This document shows positions 38,008-52,645 of a DNA stretch of 64,000 bases, piece by piece. The stretch lies in the NCBI GenBank assembly GCA_964016885.1, contig OZ024758.1, forward strand, positions 30,814,001 through 30,878,000, in the 5' to 3' direction. The position numbers and the translations under genes were made by a program. This DNA is from Eledone cirrhosa (Eukaryota). A model generated the notes under the pieces. It had not been told where the DNA came from. It did not search any database and worked only from the letters and a program-made list of their open reading frames with translations. Every line of letters begins with the position of its first letter. The first letter of the stretch is position 1.

Positions 38008-38374
38008 CTTTACAGTATTCGTCCCACCTCATTGCGCGCTCTGAGTTCAAATCCCATCATGGTCAACTTTGCCTTTCATCCTTTCGAGGTCGATAAGAAA
38101 AGTACCAGTACTGGATTCAATTCTTTCTCTAATGAAAAAAATCGGCTTAAGGGGGTTGGGCTCCGCCAGGTTTAAATGTGCCCTAGACATGCCGTTTGAT
38201 GGTACCTCTACGACTACACAAGGAGCTATGGGATCTTTATCCCTTTTTTTACCCTACATAAGGCAGTGAATTGGTAGAGTCGTTAGAATGTTTGATAGAA
38301 TGTTTTGCGGTATTTCCGATTCGGAGCTCTGAGTTCAAATCCCGCCGATGTCAACTTTACATTTTATCTCTTTG

Positions 38375-38690
38375 AAACCAGCCCACAACTTGGGTCGATT
38401 CTCCCGACATATTAGTCTTGCCCACTCTATCACTCCCTCTCCTCTAGCATGGGAATCCCCCCCTTCTGAAGCCCTCCCTCCTGGCTAAGAAACACCATGG
38501 GTCCAGTAGAAGACACTCAATCGCATGAGAACAGGAATGGGGCAATCAAAAGCTGCTATGGCCAGATGGGGCTCCAAGACCGGCCCAACCATCTGCGGAT
38601 GCGGAGAGGAGGACCACACGATGCAGCACTGCCTTGTTTGCCCTCTACTACCCAACCAGTGCAGCTTAAAAGATCTCGCAGAATTTAATA
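38375..38690 (+). mobile_element. Ingi/Vingi-like LINE 3' fragment (CCHC finger)
   Basis: LNRMRTGMGQSKAAMARWG...CGCGEEDHTMQHCLVCPLLPNQCSLKDLA. Confidence 0.65.
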
Positions 38691-38870
38691 ATAATTGTTT
38701 CTACTTTAGGCACAAGGCCAGCAATTACCCAGTGCATTACTGGTACTTTATTTTATTGACCCCGTAAGGATGAAAGGCAAAGTCAACCTCAGCGGGATTT
38801 GAACTCAGATCGTAAAGAGATGTAACTATGCTGGAAAGCATGGCGTCCGACCCTCTACTGATACTGCCAA
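38690..38870 (-). mobile_element. Nin-domain SINE
   Basis: Homologous to 32875-33055. Confidence 0.8.
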
Positions 38871-39480
38871 AATAATGCAAATGCCCGTGTAAAGAAATGG
38901 GAAACTGTCATATAACCACATGCTTCGAAGATACGAAAAGAAGAAGAAGCAGAGAGATGAAATAGGAAATGCACCCAAAACGCCGATGTCACTACAGCAC
39001 CCCTAAGACTTCACCGGGAGTTACAGGTAAACTAAGTCGAAGAAGATATTTACATAATGTAAGACTTCCGTCGGATACGACGTTCATTGTTCGATTTGTT
39101 TGAACAATGAGTCTGCGTACTCGTTAAATTAACATACACGTGACTGGGCATATACAATATTAACTTAGTTCTCATGGAAATTCAGCATGACACACTGAGT
39201 AACAATGTTGACCCTTTACAGGTACAATTCATTTTATTCAACTTAGTGAATTGGAGCGACGCCATTGTCTTGTTCAAGGATACAAAACCTAACCGGGAAA
39301 ATCTAACTCACGACTTTACGTCCAGAATAGTAGATTTTTAGGGTTTTAGTTTTGCTTTCAGATTTCGGTTGAGAGTTAATCCTCGATGGCGTAGATATTC
39401 TTTATTAAGAATGAAGTTTGTTGCTGTTGGTTTTTGTTTTAATGGACGTTGTTCATTTTTCGTATGAAATACATTTTTAA

Positions 39481-39824
39481 AAAGAATACATTTTCATAGC
39501 TATATTTTCAGCTTGATGTTTCTTTTAGTAATTTTAGTCAAGGCATACTGCATATATATATATAATTCAGTTTTTTTTATATATATATATATATAAAACT
39601 AAATTATATATATATATATATATAACTTAATTATATATATAACTTAATTATATATAACTTAATTATATATATATGCAGTATGCCTTGTCTAAAATTACTA
39701 AAAGAAACATCAAACTGAAAATATAGTTATAAAAATGTATTCTTTAGGATATAAGATCTGCGAAAAGTGGGAAAAATACATAATAATTATGTATTTTCCC
39801 CACTTTGCGTAGATCTTATATCCC
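39481..39824. repeat. Two adjacent inverted repeats, the first straddling a TA tract
   Basis: 39481-39562 pairs with 39666-39745; 39747-39824 is a hairpin (GGATATAAGATCT...AGATCTTATATCC). Confidence 0.85.
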
Positions 39825-39994
39825 TCACTATAGTGGTTCTATACCCCTTGTAACTGTAAACATCCCCCTTTTTGTGTTTTCTTCTCTATATACTGTATTA
39901 TGAAGAGCCCAGAACATTTTCCTTGAACTCATAAAATTACAGGGGATTAACGGGAGTCTTTATCTCTGTTTTTTCATTTGATATTTATCTATCT

Positions 39995-40992
<998 letters not shown>

Positions 40993-41114
40993 GGAGGTGA
41001 GTTTTATTGTAGTACAATAAAGTAATGCAGATATCGGATAAGAAGCACTCTACAGTTTGTAGGACTGGAGTATACATAATATAAGATCAAAAGATGGTTA
41101 AAGGAGTTCCATGT

Positions 41115-41183
41115 ATTTTATTATGCGCATTTCAAAAACAAACATCATCATGCAATAATATTTGTGTTTTCATCAGATAAAAC
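41115..41183 (-). ncRNA. Type I hammerhead ribozyme in TA-flanked element 40990-41260
   Basis: GTTTTAT-CTGATGA-AAACACAAATATTATTGCATGATGATGTTTGTTTTT-GAAAT-GCGC-ATA/ATAAAAT. Confidence 0.8.
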
Positions 41184-41252
41184 AGGAGAACATGATATGA
41201 AGGCTAAAAAACACTTGTGGATAGTGCAGTTTTAAATCAACATATTTGATCT

Positions 41253-41294
<42 letters not shown>

Positions 41295-41298
<4 letters not shown>

Positions 41299-41505
41299 CG
41301 AGTAAATTCCCGAGCTCCACGGACGAGCTCTCTCCAGCGGCCTCTGCCCCTCATCATCGCCGCCATGTCCCGCGTCTCCAACAGACCCAGTGTCCGTCCT
41401 TAGGGCATCAACATACGTCAACCTTGGTCTTCCTCTTCCAGTGTGTTCATGCAGGGGCTCCCACAGGAGCACTGAGTGCAGTGTCAACTCTGGATGTCGG
41501 TGAAC
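41295..41505 (-). mobile_element. RTE LINE 3' end
   Basis: LHSVLLWEPLH..GRGRPRLTYVDALRTDTG; same terminus as the other RTE copies, abutting (TA)n. Confidence 0.85.
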
Positions 41506-42196
41506 ATATATAAACTGAATTATAACTTGGTAACCCTGATCTACTACTCTATTTTTGGCTTACACCTACATTGCATGTATGTATGGTCCCCTAACTCCTG
41601 AGAGAGGGACACCATAATGACATACGGCATTTCTAGTGTGTTTTTAAACCTGGAGCAGCCCATCTCTCTCCGGGTCTGAATACAGCAGATTTCTTCCAGA
41701 GAAGGATAGAGAGAGAGAGAGATAGAGAGAGTGAGAGAGAGGAAGTGAGAGAGAGATACAGAGTAACAATCAACCCCAGTATTAGACTGGTACATCTTTA
41801 TCGAGATCGACTGGATAAAAGGCAAAGTGACATGAACATTGTTATAATATAATATCCAGAGTAGAAAGTAAGTTATTGGTTTATTCTAGCCGTCGGTTTA
41901 ATAACAGCATGAACAATTCTTCTACAAATCTAATACGGATACATTTTCAGTAATGGAGGCTGAAGTATTTATTTTTCTTCTCTCACTTGCGTCTTATATT
42001 GTCATTTAATCACTCAATTATAGAGACTAACTCACCTATCCTCCACTTTTCCATGCACATGCTCATATCTTCACCCACTCACTTACACACTCTCACCCCG
42101 TCTTTCTCACCCACTTTTTCACTCATTCCTTCATTCACCCACTCATTACAGCATTCGATCATTCACTCTTTCTTTTGTTCACCCCCCCCCCCCCCC

Positions 42197-42276
<80 letters not shown>

Positions 42277-42458
42277 GACTCATATACACACACCTACACA
42301 TAAATGCTAGCATATACTCGTAAAGTAGTCAATAAAACTTCAGAAGTTTCTTACTCAGACCTTATTGCCATCCAACCATATATCCTTGAAAAGATATAAA
42401 CGTCACTTCTCCAAGTTTCCGGTTCTGCCGAAGTAAACATGGCTGAGTAACAAAATAA

Positions 42459-42650
42459 ATAGGGTTGGCTGAAAAATTTATAGACTGAAACGTTCATTGG
42501 CTGACCAAGATACTCTCATGAAAAGACCAAATGAGGTTTATTTTTCAACATAATCCCTAGAAAGAAACAATGCAGTTATTAATAAGGAGATTTAACAGCT
42601 CTAGCATCACTCCTTCATAGTCAGCCTATGAACGTTTCAACGGAACCTCG
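42459..42650. mobile_element. Mariner-type MITE (degenerate)
   Basis: Inverted homologue of 59210-59407. Confidence 0.65.
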
Positions 42651-42779
42651 TATTTGAAAGTACCTAACGCTATATAAAAGAAAGAGGGGAATTAGTATTG
42701 AACTCCAAACTAAATATTTTTCAAGTATGTTTGCCGAAAAGGTTCCCTCAAAAATCATTTGCATTTCACATTATTTTTA

Positions 42780-43410
42780 GTGTGTTTTCTGGAACGGCCG
42801 GTTTTGATTGAGCATCATCTATTCGAACAGAAATGATAGGGCATTGTATAGGGACATCAGGCTAACAAAAGTTGACCATTGATTCCATGTTCCTGCAGAA
42901 CCTCCCACATCAATTCCCGTAGAACGCGGTAGTATACCTTTTCAAGATCTACGAAACAAGAATATACCTTTTGGCAATACTGCTAGTGTGATTATTTGCT
43001 CAGTGGCACAGCGTCCGAGGTGAAAACCAGTCAACAATATACCTACATCCCCTTGCTAGTCATTTAGTACAGACTTTACCGAGAAGCTTTAACAAGGAGA
43101 TTCCTCTATAATTAAAACAATCTGTCAAGTCATCATTTCAACCCAATTTTTTGAAAATTGGGTTGATTATTCCTGATTGCCATTTCTTTCCAGAGATCCA
43201 GATCACCATCCACGCATGACTCGGTCAGAGAATATCTTCACTGTTTATGGTCTTTAACATTTCATCCTCCCCAGAGTCCTTGCCACATTTGAGCCCTCTA
43301 ATTGCTCTGGTGACCTCAGCATCCGAGAGGTTAGTAATCGCTCCCAGATACACTTCATTTACACCAGAAGATGTTATTTCTTCGGGGTTTAGGATGTGCA
43401 AGATGAATAT
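42780..43410 (-). pseudogene. Degenerate RTE-type reverse transcriptase fragment (second family)
   Basis: EVTRAIRGLKCGKDSGEDEMLK, then VDLEKVYYRVLRELMWEVL (RT motif FxDxEKAYDRV). Confidence 0.65.
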
Positions 43411-43601
43411 ATTCCCATGCAGAGTTACACACATCTCTCTCTTTGAAAATATACACACACACATACACACACACACAGACATACACAGACATACACAGAC
43501 ACACACAGACACACACACATGCATATATATATTTTTATCTAAAGACATTTTTTCCAATTAAAACCCGCCCGTCCCTTCAATCTATCTTATTTCTCATTCT
43601 T

Positions 43602-43637
43602 TCTTCTGATGAAGGACTAGCGTCCGAAACGTTAGGA
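43602..43637 (+). ncRNA. Minimal Penelope-type hammerhead ribozyme
   Basis: TCTT-CTGATGA-A-GGAC(TAGC)GTCC-GAAAC-GTT/AGGA; stem III is the loopless palindrome AACGTT. Confidence 0.75.
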
Positions 43638-43723
43638 CCCTCTTCCTGTTATATCAAGCGTTAACCTAATATATCCCTTCCATATACTGTACTGATGTGT
43701 TGTTATTTCTGTTTACCTTTTAC

Positions 43724-43777
<54 letters not shown>

Positions 43778-43781
<4 letters not shown>

Positions 43782-45665
43782 CGGGTAAAATTCCCGAGAA
43801 CCATGGACGAGTTCTCTTCAGAAGTCTCTGTCCCTCATCATCGTTGCCATACCCTGCGTCTCCAACAGACCAGTGTCTGTCCTTAGGGCATCAACATATG
43901 TCAACCTCGGTCGCTCTCTTCTAGTGTGTCAATGCAGGGGCTACCTCAGGAGCAGTGAGTGCAATGTCAACTCTGGATGTCGGTGAGCATGTCCAGCTAA
44001 CCTCAATCTCTTCTGTGTCACTTTTGAGCTGACTTTTGGGAGGCTCCCGTACAGCTCTGAGTTCTTCATCCTCAGTATATACTGATTAATGTTCAGAGTC
44101 ATCCTCAGCATTCTCGTGTAGCACTCATCCACCATCTGAGTGAGTTTCTTGGTCAGTGACCAAGTCTCAGACCCGTACAGTAGCACAGCCTCTACTACAG
44201 CAGCGAAGAGACGGATCTTCAGGTCTTTACGGATGTCCGACTTCCACACAGAGCCCAAACTGTTGCACGCCGCCCAGGCTTGCTCTTCCTCACAACCACA
44301 TCATCATCTGTGTTTCCAATCTTTGCTCCCACATACAGGAAGTCCTCAACCAAATCTAGTCGCTTTCCGCCTACATTCTTCTCTGGCTTCTTAATATTCT
44401 CTACCGGATACTTCGTCTCATTCATTCTCAGCCCCACACTCATCGACACAGTCTCCACCTCCTGCATCAACTCTGCCTCCTTCACTATGTTTATCACCAT
44501 ACCTGTCTCCCCGCGGGTGTTGAGGGTGACCTTCAATGGAAACCCAAGTCTGGCAGTCATCTCAGCCTATAGTCCAACCGAGGGAGACAGTGATGTGAGT
44601 GCGGAAGAGTTCCATGAGGAGGTGTGTAGAGCTGTCAACACCACACCAGCTCATAACATCCTGCTTGTTCTGGGGGACTTCAATGCACATCTGAGTAAGG
44701 AGGGCAGTGAAGATCCTTGCTGGTACTTCCATAACAACACAAACCGGAATGGAAGATTACTGAGAGACACCCTGCTGGAGGCGAACTTGATTGTAACCAA
44801 CCTAAGGTTTAGGAAGAATTCGGGGAAGATGTGGACCTACATCTCAGATATGCACTTGTCCAAGTACCAGATTGATTTCATTCTGCTGAGGATAAAGTGG
44901 CGGAATAGTGTTCTGAACACTGAACCATACAACTATTTCGGTACACTGGGTCGTGACCACCGGCTTGTTATGAATGAGGCCAGTGTGAGCTTAAGAAAGA
45001 GTAAGGCTCAGCCCCGGAGAGCAATCTAGGACTGGGGAAATTTCAAGGGAGATGATAAGCTACAGGAGAGGTTCCCAGTAGAATTGAGGAACAGGTTCAG
45101 TGCTATGTGTGGAGAGGAAGAGGAGAGAGAGATTGGAGGGACTGAGGAGAGTGTGACGAGGATGATTCTTAGCAGGATCCTGTCCGAGATGGAGAAGAAG
45201 CTCAGGGACAACCAGAACGGCTTCAGAGAGGGAAGATCAACCACCAGTCACATCCTGATGCTGAGGAGGATATTAGAGGGAGCTAGAGCAAAGAGCCTTC
45301 CTGCTGTCATGGTTTTAATTGACTTTAAGAAGGCCTTTGTGGACCGTCACTGCCTGGTGAACATCTTACCGGGTTATGGAATCCCCAAGAAGATAGTGGA
45401 TCTGATATCACTGCTCTCCACCAACACCAAAGCCCAAGTCATTAGACCTGATGGGATGACGGAGTTCTTTGAGATACTGGCTGGAGTGCTCCAGGGAGAT
45501 ACATTGGCTCCCTACCTTTTTATCATCGCAGTGGACTATTGTATACGCCTTGCACTGGAGAAACACCAGGACTCTGGCTTTATTGTAACACCGGCTCAGA
45601 GCAGGAGAGTTAAGGCGAAAAAGGTATCGGATGCTGAATTTGCCGACGACATAATTATGGTGACA
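43778..45665 (-). mobile_element. RTE LINE: 3' part on minus (43778-44495) with inverted 5' part (APE endonuclease and RT, 44496-45665 on +)
   Basis: APE motifs ISAYSPT, LGDFNAH, QIDFIL and DHRLV. RT motifs QNGFREGRST, LIDFKKAF, GVLQGDTLAPYLF and FADDI. Internal deletion between APE and RT. Confidence 0.95.
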
Positions 45666-45699
45666 CACACATATATATATAATATAATATAATATAATA

Positions 45700-45798
45700 T
45701 AATTGTTTCTACTTTTGGCACAAGGCCAGCAATTACCCAGTACATTACTGGTACTTTATTTTATCGACCCCGTAAGGATGAAAGAAAAAGTTAACCTT
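45700..45798 (-). mobile_element. Nin-domain SINE 3' half
   Basis: Conserved tail and Nin core. Confidence 0.75.
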
Positions 45799-45817
45799 TA
45801 TATATATATATATATAT

Positions 45818-46655
45818 AGAAATTACATGAATCAAAGTTCTGTTTAAATCATTTATTTGCTTACAATTGTTTCCTCCAAACCGAGGTTTGGAGTCTTCGG
45901 AGCAATTATTCAGTTATTTTTTACATACTTGACCTCCTTTTCAACACAAGAGACATATAGAAACATATGTATATATTGAACCACAGTGGGTTGACATCCA
46001 TTATAATAATATAGCATGGCATTTTACAAACAAAGATTACAGTCATATTAAGGACAAAATTAAAGTTAAAATTAAAATTAAAATTAAAATTAAAATTAAA
46101 ATAAAACATTGGCAGTTTACGAATATAAAGCAAGAGGAAAGTTTGGAGTAGCCAGTGTATGCAACAGTCACACGTGAGGCATGCACGCGTGTCCTATTTA
46201 TACAAGATTATAGTGCGGCAGATTGTTACATGTATAACAAGCAGTCAAAGCAGGCAATCAAGAGCATCATGGGGGCTGTACTAGTAAAGCATTTTTCACA
46301 CACACCTGTACGATATAGAAGCCCGTGTGTAGAGAAACACCAAAAATATCAAAAATATTACAAATGAGAAGCAAAACAGCACCACTGTCCTCGCACACAC
46401 CACCACTCTCACAATCCAGGAAACGCAATTTATAGACTACATGTCCATCACACAATCGACGATGATTCAACATTGGGTGCCTGGTGAACCATGTTAGAAC
46501 ATCACAGCTTGTCGTTCTCTAATTCGATTCTATAGAGCAGGTTGTTTTTTTAGTGCAGGTTGTTTTTAGGGTTTAAAATATTTAGGGTTTAAAATATATA
46601 TAACTATAAAAGGTTTTAGTATATACATAACCATAAATAGTATCCTTAATACTAT
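45818..46655. mobile_element. Diverged pLTR of the 59.5-63 kb PLE family with inversion
   Basis: 45825-46500 aligns with about 59540-60200. 46600-46655 matches the terminus at 63025-63068. Confidence 0.7.
45857..45905 (-). ncRNA. Type I hammerhead ribozyme, U4C variant (CCGAAGA)
   Basis: TTGCT-CCGAAGA-CTCCAAAC(CTCG)GTTTGGAG-GAAAC-AATT-GTA/AGCAA. Confidence 0.8.
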
Positions 46656-46687
46656 ATATATATGTATATGTATATATATTTATATAT

Positions 46688-46823
<136 letters not shown>

Positions 46824-46991
46824 ATATATGTATGTAAAAGGTAAACAAAAATAACAGGATCTATTAGGTTAACGCTTGATATAGCAGGAAGACACATCTG
46901 GATGTAACGCATGCGCAAACTAAGCACACAACACACAAAAACAAGATCATGTAGGACAGAACAAAGGAGAAACACACAAAATAAAAGCTTA

Positions 46992-47034
46992 GTCACTGTG
47001 GAGGTCACAGAATGTGTGACGAAAGAACTTTGAC
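46992..47034 (+). ncRNA. Degenerate hammerhead (mutated core)
   Basis: GTCA-CTGTGGAG-GTCACA(GAATG)TGTGAC-GAAAG-AA-CTT/TGAC. Confidence 0.5.
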
Positions 47035-47240
47035 AATATATAAACAACCTTCTGGTTATCGAACCAACCAACCAACCGGAAATTTATAATAAGTTGAAGT
47101 GAAAACCGACAGGTGTGTGTGTTTCTTATTGGCAACATGACCCTCCCAAAGTATAACAACATGACCCTCCCAAAGTATAACAATATCTGTTTCAACACAC
47201 GTTTTCAGATAAGAAATCTCGCAAAACAAATTCAAAAGCG

Positions 47241-47299
<59 letters not shown>

Positions 47300-47706
47300 T
47301 ATACATATATATATATATGCACATATATCTATATATAAATGTGTGTGTGTGTATGTATGTTGTCTTTATTATAATTCCAATACTAATGTTACTCAACTTA
47401 TTTCTCTAGTAAGTTACAGACAGGCAATCAATCGTCTCTTTCAACTTTTCTTTAAAGTAATAAAACAATATGCATTAAGTCAGCCATCTTCAAAATAGAC
47501 CAAATCCAATTGTAGGAAAAAATAGATTTTTTTTTAAAGGAAATCTTCAAAGGTTTTCTTGTCTTTTCTTCCGCGTGTCGTAGTCAACAGTCTACAACCT
47601 ATTCTTTTGTAGTTTATTAATCAGAACCAATTCACAGGAAAAAAGAAATTGTCAATCACCATTGGCTCGGGACTATCCTTTGTTATTTGGTTATGGGATA
47701 TCTAAA

Positions 47707-48102
47707 TCTTTATATATATAAAAGCGAGGATGTGTGTGTGTCTGTGTACAACTTTGGTTACTTAAGGCTTTTACAATTACCAACCGAATTTGACCAAATT
47801 TTCTGTGCACGTTGCACAGGTCGCTAAGATGGTCACATCACAAAAAATTTTCCAATCGACCCACGTTGAGAAATAAAAAATCGATATCAAAATTATCGGT
47901 AGCAATATTGATGTAAGGGAGATAACCAACTTTATTGACAATCCTTATAAAAAAAAGGGAGATAACTAACTTTATCGACAATCCTTATAAAGAGACTGCT
48001 TATTTTGACAGGTTGGGGACAAATAATGTTCTTATTTTACTTCCTAGCTGTATATTCTTAGCATAATTTCAAACCCCGAGCAACGCCGGGTAAATCTGCT
48101 AG
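47707..48102 (+). mobile_element. Non-autonomous Helitron
   Basis: A|TC...hairpin CCCGAGCAACGCCGGG...CTAG|T; no target-site duplication. Confidence 0.85.
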
Positions 48103-48599
48103 TGAGTAATATGACGCAGAATGTTCTTTAACTGCCCCTAGGGAAATATATGGAATCGAAATGAGAAAGTGGTAACTTTATTCGTGGTTAAGGAAATTCT
48201 ACTGTAAATGTTTAATCAGTTAAATTAATTCATACGTGGTTTGAACATATAATGATTTCTACCATAGGCACAAGGCCAGTAATTTTAAAGGATGAAAGGC
48301 AAAGCTAACCTCAGCAGGATTTGAACTTAGAACGTAAAGAACCATAACTCTATGCTGCAAAGCATGGTGTCTGACGCTCTACCGATACTGCCATTCCAGA
48401 CTTCTGTTTCGGATACAAGGCCAGCAACGAGGAAAAGGAAGTCGATTATATCGATCCTAGTTCCACCATCACCACTACCAACCCACAACAATCTATATAT
48501 ATGTATATGTATGTATGTATATCCGGAGTTCAATCGGGGATAACCACAGTAAGTAAGGTACTAAATACATAGTAGAGTATAAACGTTTAATATAGAAAT

Positions 48600-49569
48600 G
48601 GCAATAGGGTTGATCAAATCTGAGCCTGTTTGAAAACATTCGACACTTTGGACTATCAAAATGTTGAAGCTCGCTACAAACATGAGAACATATTTTGGTA
48701 AAGATGAATAATCAGAGCAGTTCGACCAGAATCTAATACTGCTTGAGGTCAGAAGACTTCCTGTTGATATAAAGGGAGCTATTGATATAAGTCCCATAGG
48801 CACGATGATGGAATCATTATTCTAACTCATAGAAAAAATGGTGCCTTAATCTTGAATATTAGTTCGCAAGTCACAAGTGGTCCCGAAAAATGTGACTGTG
48901 AAATTGGTAAATCAAAAGCTGTTAAAAAGTATTCCAAAGGTTTCCAATCTCTATCGATCTGTCGACACTGTGGGGGAACAGTGGGAAGCTGTCAAATATC
49001 TGACAGAGTTCCTCAACACTTTAGAACCATCGTGAATGCCTCTACATGTCCTTCACCTGTTATTGAGAAATCTGGCCCACCAAGGCTATGCAACAGCCCA
49101 CGATTGGTTGTGAAAAATATGTATCCACACGTGCTTCAAGCCACCATTTCAACAGGATGTGGTAGGGGAGAGGATGTGTTCGTTCCAAGAAATCCACTTA
49201 TCCCCACTGATGTACCATTTCAATTCAAACGACTTCAATTTCCAGTGGGTCTTAATTTTGCTAGGATCATCAACAAATCACTAGGAAAAAACATTTTCGG
49301 TTGCTGGTTTACAGGTTGAAGAGCCATGCTTCACCCAAGGTCAGCTGCATGTTGGATGTTCAAGAGTAGGAAGTCAGACAAATCTTTACATCTACGCATC
49401 AGATTGAAAAACAACAAACATTATAAATTGACCCAATTAATAAATAAATCCGTCCTTATCAACGAGACTATGCTTCAGGGAATACATCGTCTGACATGGA
49501 ATAAAACAAAATTTGAACTAGAGGCATACTATTGTGATTATTGCCCGGCAACGACGGACTACTCAGCTA

Positions 49570-49570
<1 letters not shown>
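48600..49570 (+). mobile_element. Helitron 3' fragment with Pif1-like helicase remnant
   Basis: PPRLCN..RLVVK...ATISTGCGRGEDVFVPR.PLIPTDVPFQFKRLQFPV.L.FA..INKS.G and CFTQGQLHVGCSRVG; ends with a hairpin and CTAG|T at 49570. Confidence 0.9.
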
Positions 49571-49639
<69 letters not shown>

Positions 49640-49911
49640 TGTATTAATATATCTGTATTAATACTACTACACCAAACAATCAGCCCTGTCCATTGTTCAA
49701 TTGGTCAAATATAGATTAAAATAGGCACTCCCAAAAATTCTTATTTAGATAAAATAAACCATATACTCATTGTATTCTCATTAGAAACCCTTTATATACT
49801 TGTTTACCAGTAAATAGAATTGCCATCTGTCATATACTATCGCCTCTCTTCTTCCTTTATTACAACTAATATAAATACTTCAATTTTTCTGATTTTTTCC
49901 AATTTATCCAA

Positions 49912-50028
49912 TATCTCTGAAGAAGTGACAACTGATTATACATTTGCTATCAAATACTTGCTAACATTATATGATTACGCAAGCAGCGATACATAGGTAT
50001 TCCGTCTGTTACAGAAACATGTCAATAC
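49912..50028 (+). ncRNA. Probable degenerate hammerhead with ~90-nt stem II
   Basis: CTGAAGA (49917)-AGTGACA...TGTTACA-GAAAC-AT-GTC, with AATAAA downstream; stem I is poor. Confidence 0.45.
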
Positions 50029-50073
50029 CTAATAAATTCCTTTATGAAAGCACTTTCATTTTATATTCATCTT

Positions 50074-50130
<57 letters not shown>

Positions 50131-50133
<3 letters not shown>

Positions 50134-50296
50134 CAAAGGAGGTGTGGTAAGGAACCAGATGGACCATAACGCACCAGAGTACTCAGTACTTAGGGTAGTA
50201 GAGTGGGTAATAGTAAAATGTTTGACCCCGACGGCAGAGCTCAAGCCGTTTCGTAGAAACGGGCTGAGCTCTGCCGTCGGGGTCAAACATTTTCCT
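50131..50296. mobile_element. Family A fold-back element
   Basis: The hairpin turns at TTTCGTAGAAA (50249-50259), directly at the hammerhead GAAA. Confidence 0.8.
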
Positions 50297-50958
50297 CTCT
50301 CTCTATATATATATAGGAAAAAAGAAGTTGAAAATGCAATTAGAGTCTTTAAGACGGTTTATTTACAATAAATTACAACTTTACCGGTTTCGCAAGTTCA
50401 CATAGATGGAGACATGTATGGCTATGCCAGCTTGTAACTCGCATTTATATATATGTTTACATTTAGAGTGTAATTGTCCTTGTATAAGAGAGTGGAGAGT
50501 GATTTGAGGGTGTTTGGTTGGTATTTCTAGCCTATCATCCACAACATTTTGGTTTGTGTTTTAGTAAGGTTTTTGCATTTGATGAGTGTGTATCCGGTGA
50601 AAGGGGATTAGTAACGTTTAAAGGAATTCTATAGTGTTTATATGTAATGTGAAGCTGGAAACAAAATATGCAGGAAATATGGTGGCTTTATAAATAAGAA
50701 TTTCACTTGGGGAGCCATCCTTGTTCCTATGATATTTCGTCGGTTATAAAAGAGAAAGGAAATTCTTAACTGGATTTATTTCCAGTTAACTTTAACGAAT
50801 CCAATCCTAGCAAAGATCAGGTTTATCTTTTATTTCACCCGAGTTTTAATTTTCTGATCTTAAAACTTTTTTTTTTTCTGCATATAAAAGTCAGAAAACT
50901 CATCGCTAGAACATCCGTTAAAACAACTAAACGGTGTCGAAGACAGTAATAGGAAAAA

Positions 50959-51233
50959 GTGGTCAACAGAGACCAGCCGCCAGTGGTCAGCAGAGACCAG
51001 CGGCCAGTAGTCAGCAGAGACCAGCGGCCAGTGTCAGCAGAGACCAGCGGCCAGTGTCAACAGAGACCAGCGGCCAGTGGTCAACAGAGACCAGCGGCCA
51101 GTGGTCAAAAGAGACAAGCGGCCAGTGGTCAGCAGAGACCAGCGGCCAGTGGTCGGCAGAGACCAGCGGCCAGTGGTCAACAGAGACCAGCGGCCAGTGG
51201 TCAGCAGAGACCAGCGGCCAGTGTTAACAGAGA
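50959..51233. repeat. GC-rich minisatellite, 24-bp unit, ~11 copies
   Basis: GTGGTCARCAGAGACCAGCGGCCA. Confidence 0.95.
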
Positions 51234-51474
51234 CAATCCACAAGGTGGGCGACTCTGTTTAGAAATTCCTCCCATCATTAGATTCGCGACAGAGAATTAC
51301 AGAAGATTCACTACGTAAAAGTACATGAAACAAATTCTTGCACCAACAATATTATTGTTAATAAATTGTTAATAAATTGTTTCCATATCTTGGAGGAAAA
51401 TTATATTTTTAGATCGAATATTTAAAAGAACAAATATTTTTATTAAAAATGTCTCGATATCATTATCATTTTCA

Positions 51475-51655
51475 TTGGCAGTATCGGTAGAGGGTCGGAC
51501 GCCATGCTTTCCAGCATTGTTACGTCCCTTTACAATCTGAGTTCAAATCCCGCCGAGGTTGACTTTGCCTTTCATCCTTACGGGGTCGATAAAATAAAGT
51601 ACCAGAAATGCACTGGGTAATTGCTGGCCTTGTGCCTAAAGTAGAAACAATTATC
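51475..51655 (+). mobile_element. Nin-domain SINE
   Basis: TGGCAGTATCGGTAG...GAGTTCAAATCCCGCC...GCCTTTCATCCTTACGGGGTCGATAAAAT. Confidence 0.85.
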
Positions 51656-52509
51656 ATTTTCTTAAGGATGAGTCTTTTTAGTTGTATCGAGATGCGCATT
51701 AGAGATGTTTTATGTCTCTAATAATTGGAATATTATACTAGTAACTATGAGAGCAAACTAACTGTATTTTTTTAAAGAAACGGAGATTCATTCAATTCTC
51801 AAGTATATTGGATAGAATCTAGGTTAATACCGATATCGAAATAGTGATATTGAAAGTACACCTTTGAAAACCTTTCAAATCATATGTTGTAGTTAATAAG
51901 TGAATCATGCTGATTAAAGTGACACGATGTTGATGTAATAGTCATTTCTCTGTCAGTTACACTACAAATATTTATTTCCAATTATTTCCAAGGTGGTAGC
52001 CGAGGTTAAGACTCTCACTGCATTAATTTTCTTCAAAATTATGTTTTTTAGGCAAAATGAAATATATTAATAACTAGCAGTTAATAATATACAGAATTTA
52101 CATGCCTGGGATCCAGTTAATGATAACTAGAACCCAGGGACGTAAATTCTGTAGAATAATACCTTATAAAAAAACAATATTGCGCTAACGGGGATAAGTG
52201 AAATAAATCGATGTCGTGGACATAAAACAAATGTATATGGAAATACTGACTGACGTTCGCAAAACCATTCTTAAATTGAAATTTTCTTTGAATGGAGAAA
52301 GAAGGAAAACATGGTGGCGTTCGTTAGTGACTCGCGGAGGAGAAGGGAGATAACTGCAATAAATTATGATGTAATTGAAATAAATTGTCATGCTTAAGGG
52401 AAAAATTGATGTTTGATATCCGGAAATTACTGTCAATCATTGTTCTAAGATTGAAATATCAGATTTGATTTTGATTGACACGTGATTGTTTGAAACGTGA
52501 CTATCACTT

Positions 52510-52645
52510 GGTTGCTCCAGTATACTCAACTGCAAATGAGTGCCAGTGGTAACTGGAGATTTAACCCTGCGATGGACTGGCCTCCTGTCCTGGGGGGAGG
52601 AGTATTCACAGTCGCTTCAAGTCACAGAAACCGGGATAAGTGAGC
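52510..52645 (+). mobile_element. Ancient SINE fragment (Meta/V-type domain)
   Basis: AACCCTGCGATGGACTGGC..CCTGTCC.GGGGG...AGTCGCTTCA...CAGAAACCGGGATAAG. Confidence 0.55.

Noticed and set aside
51475-51560. tRNA gene
   Set aside because: A and B boxes are present, but there is no cloverleaf; it is the tRNA-derived head of a multicopy SINE.
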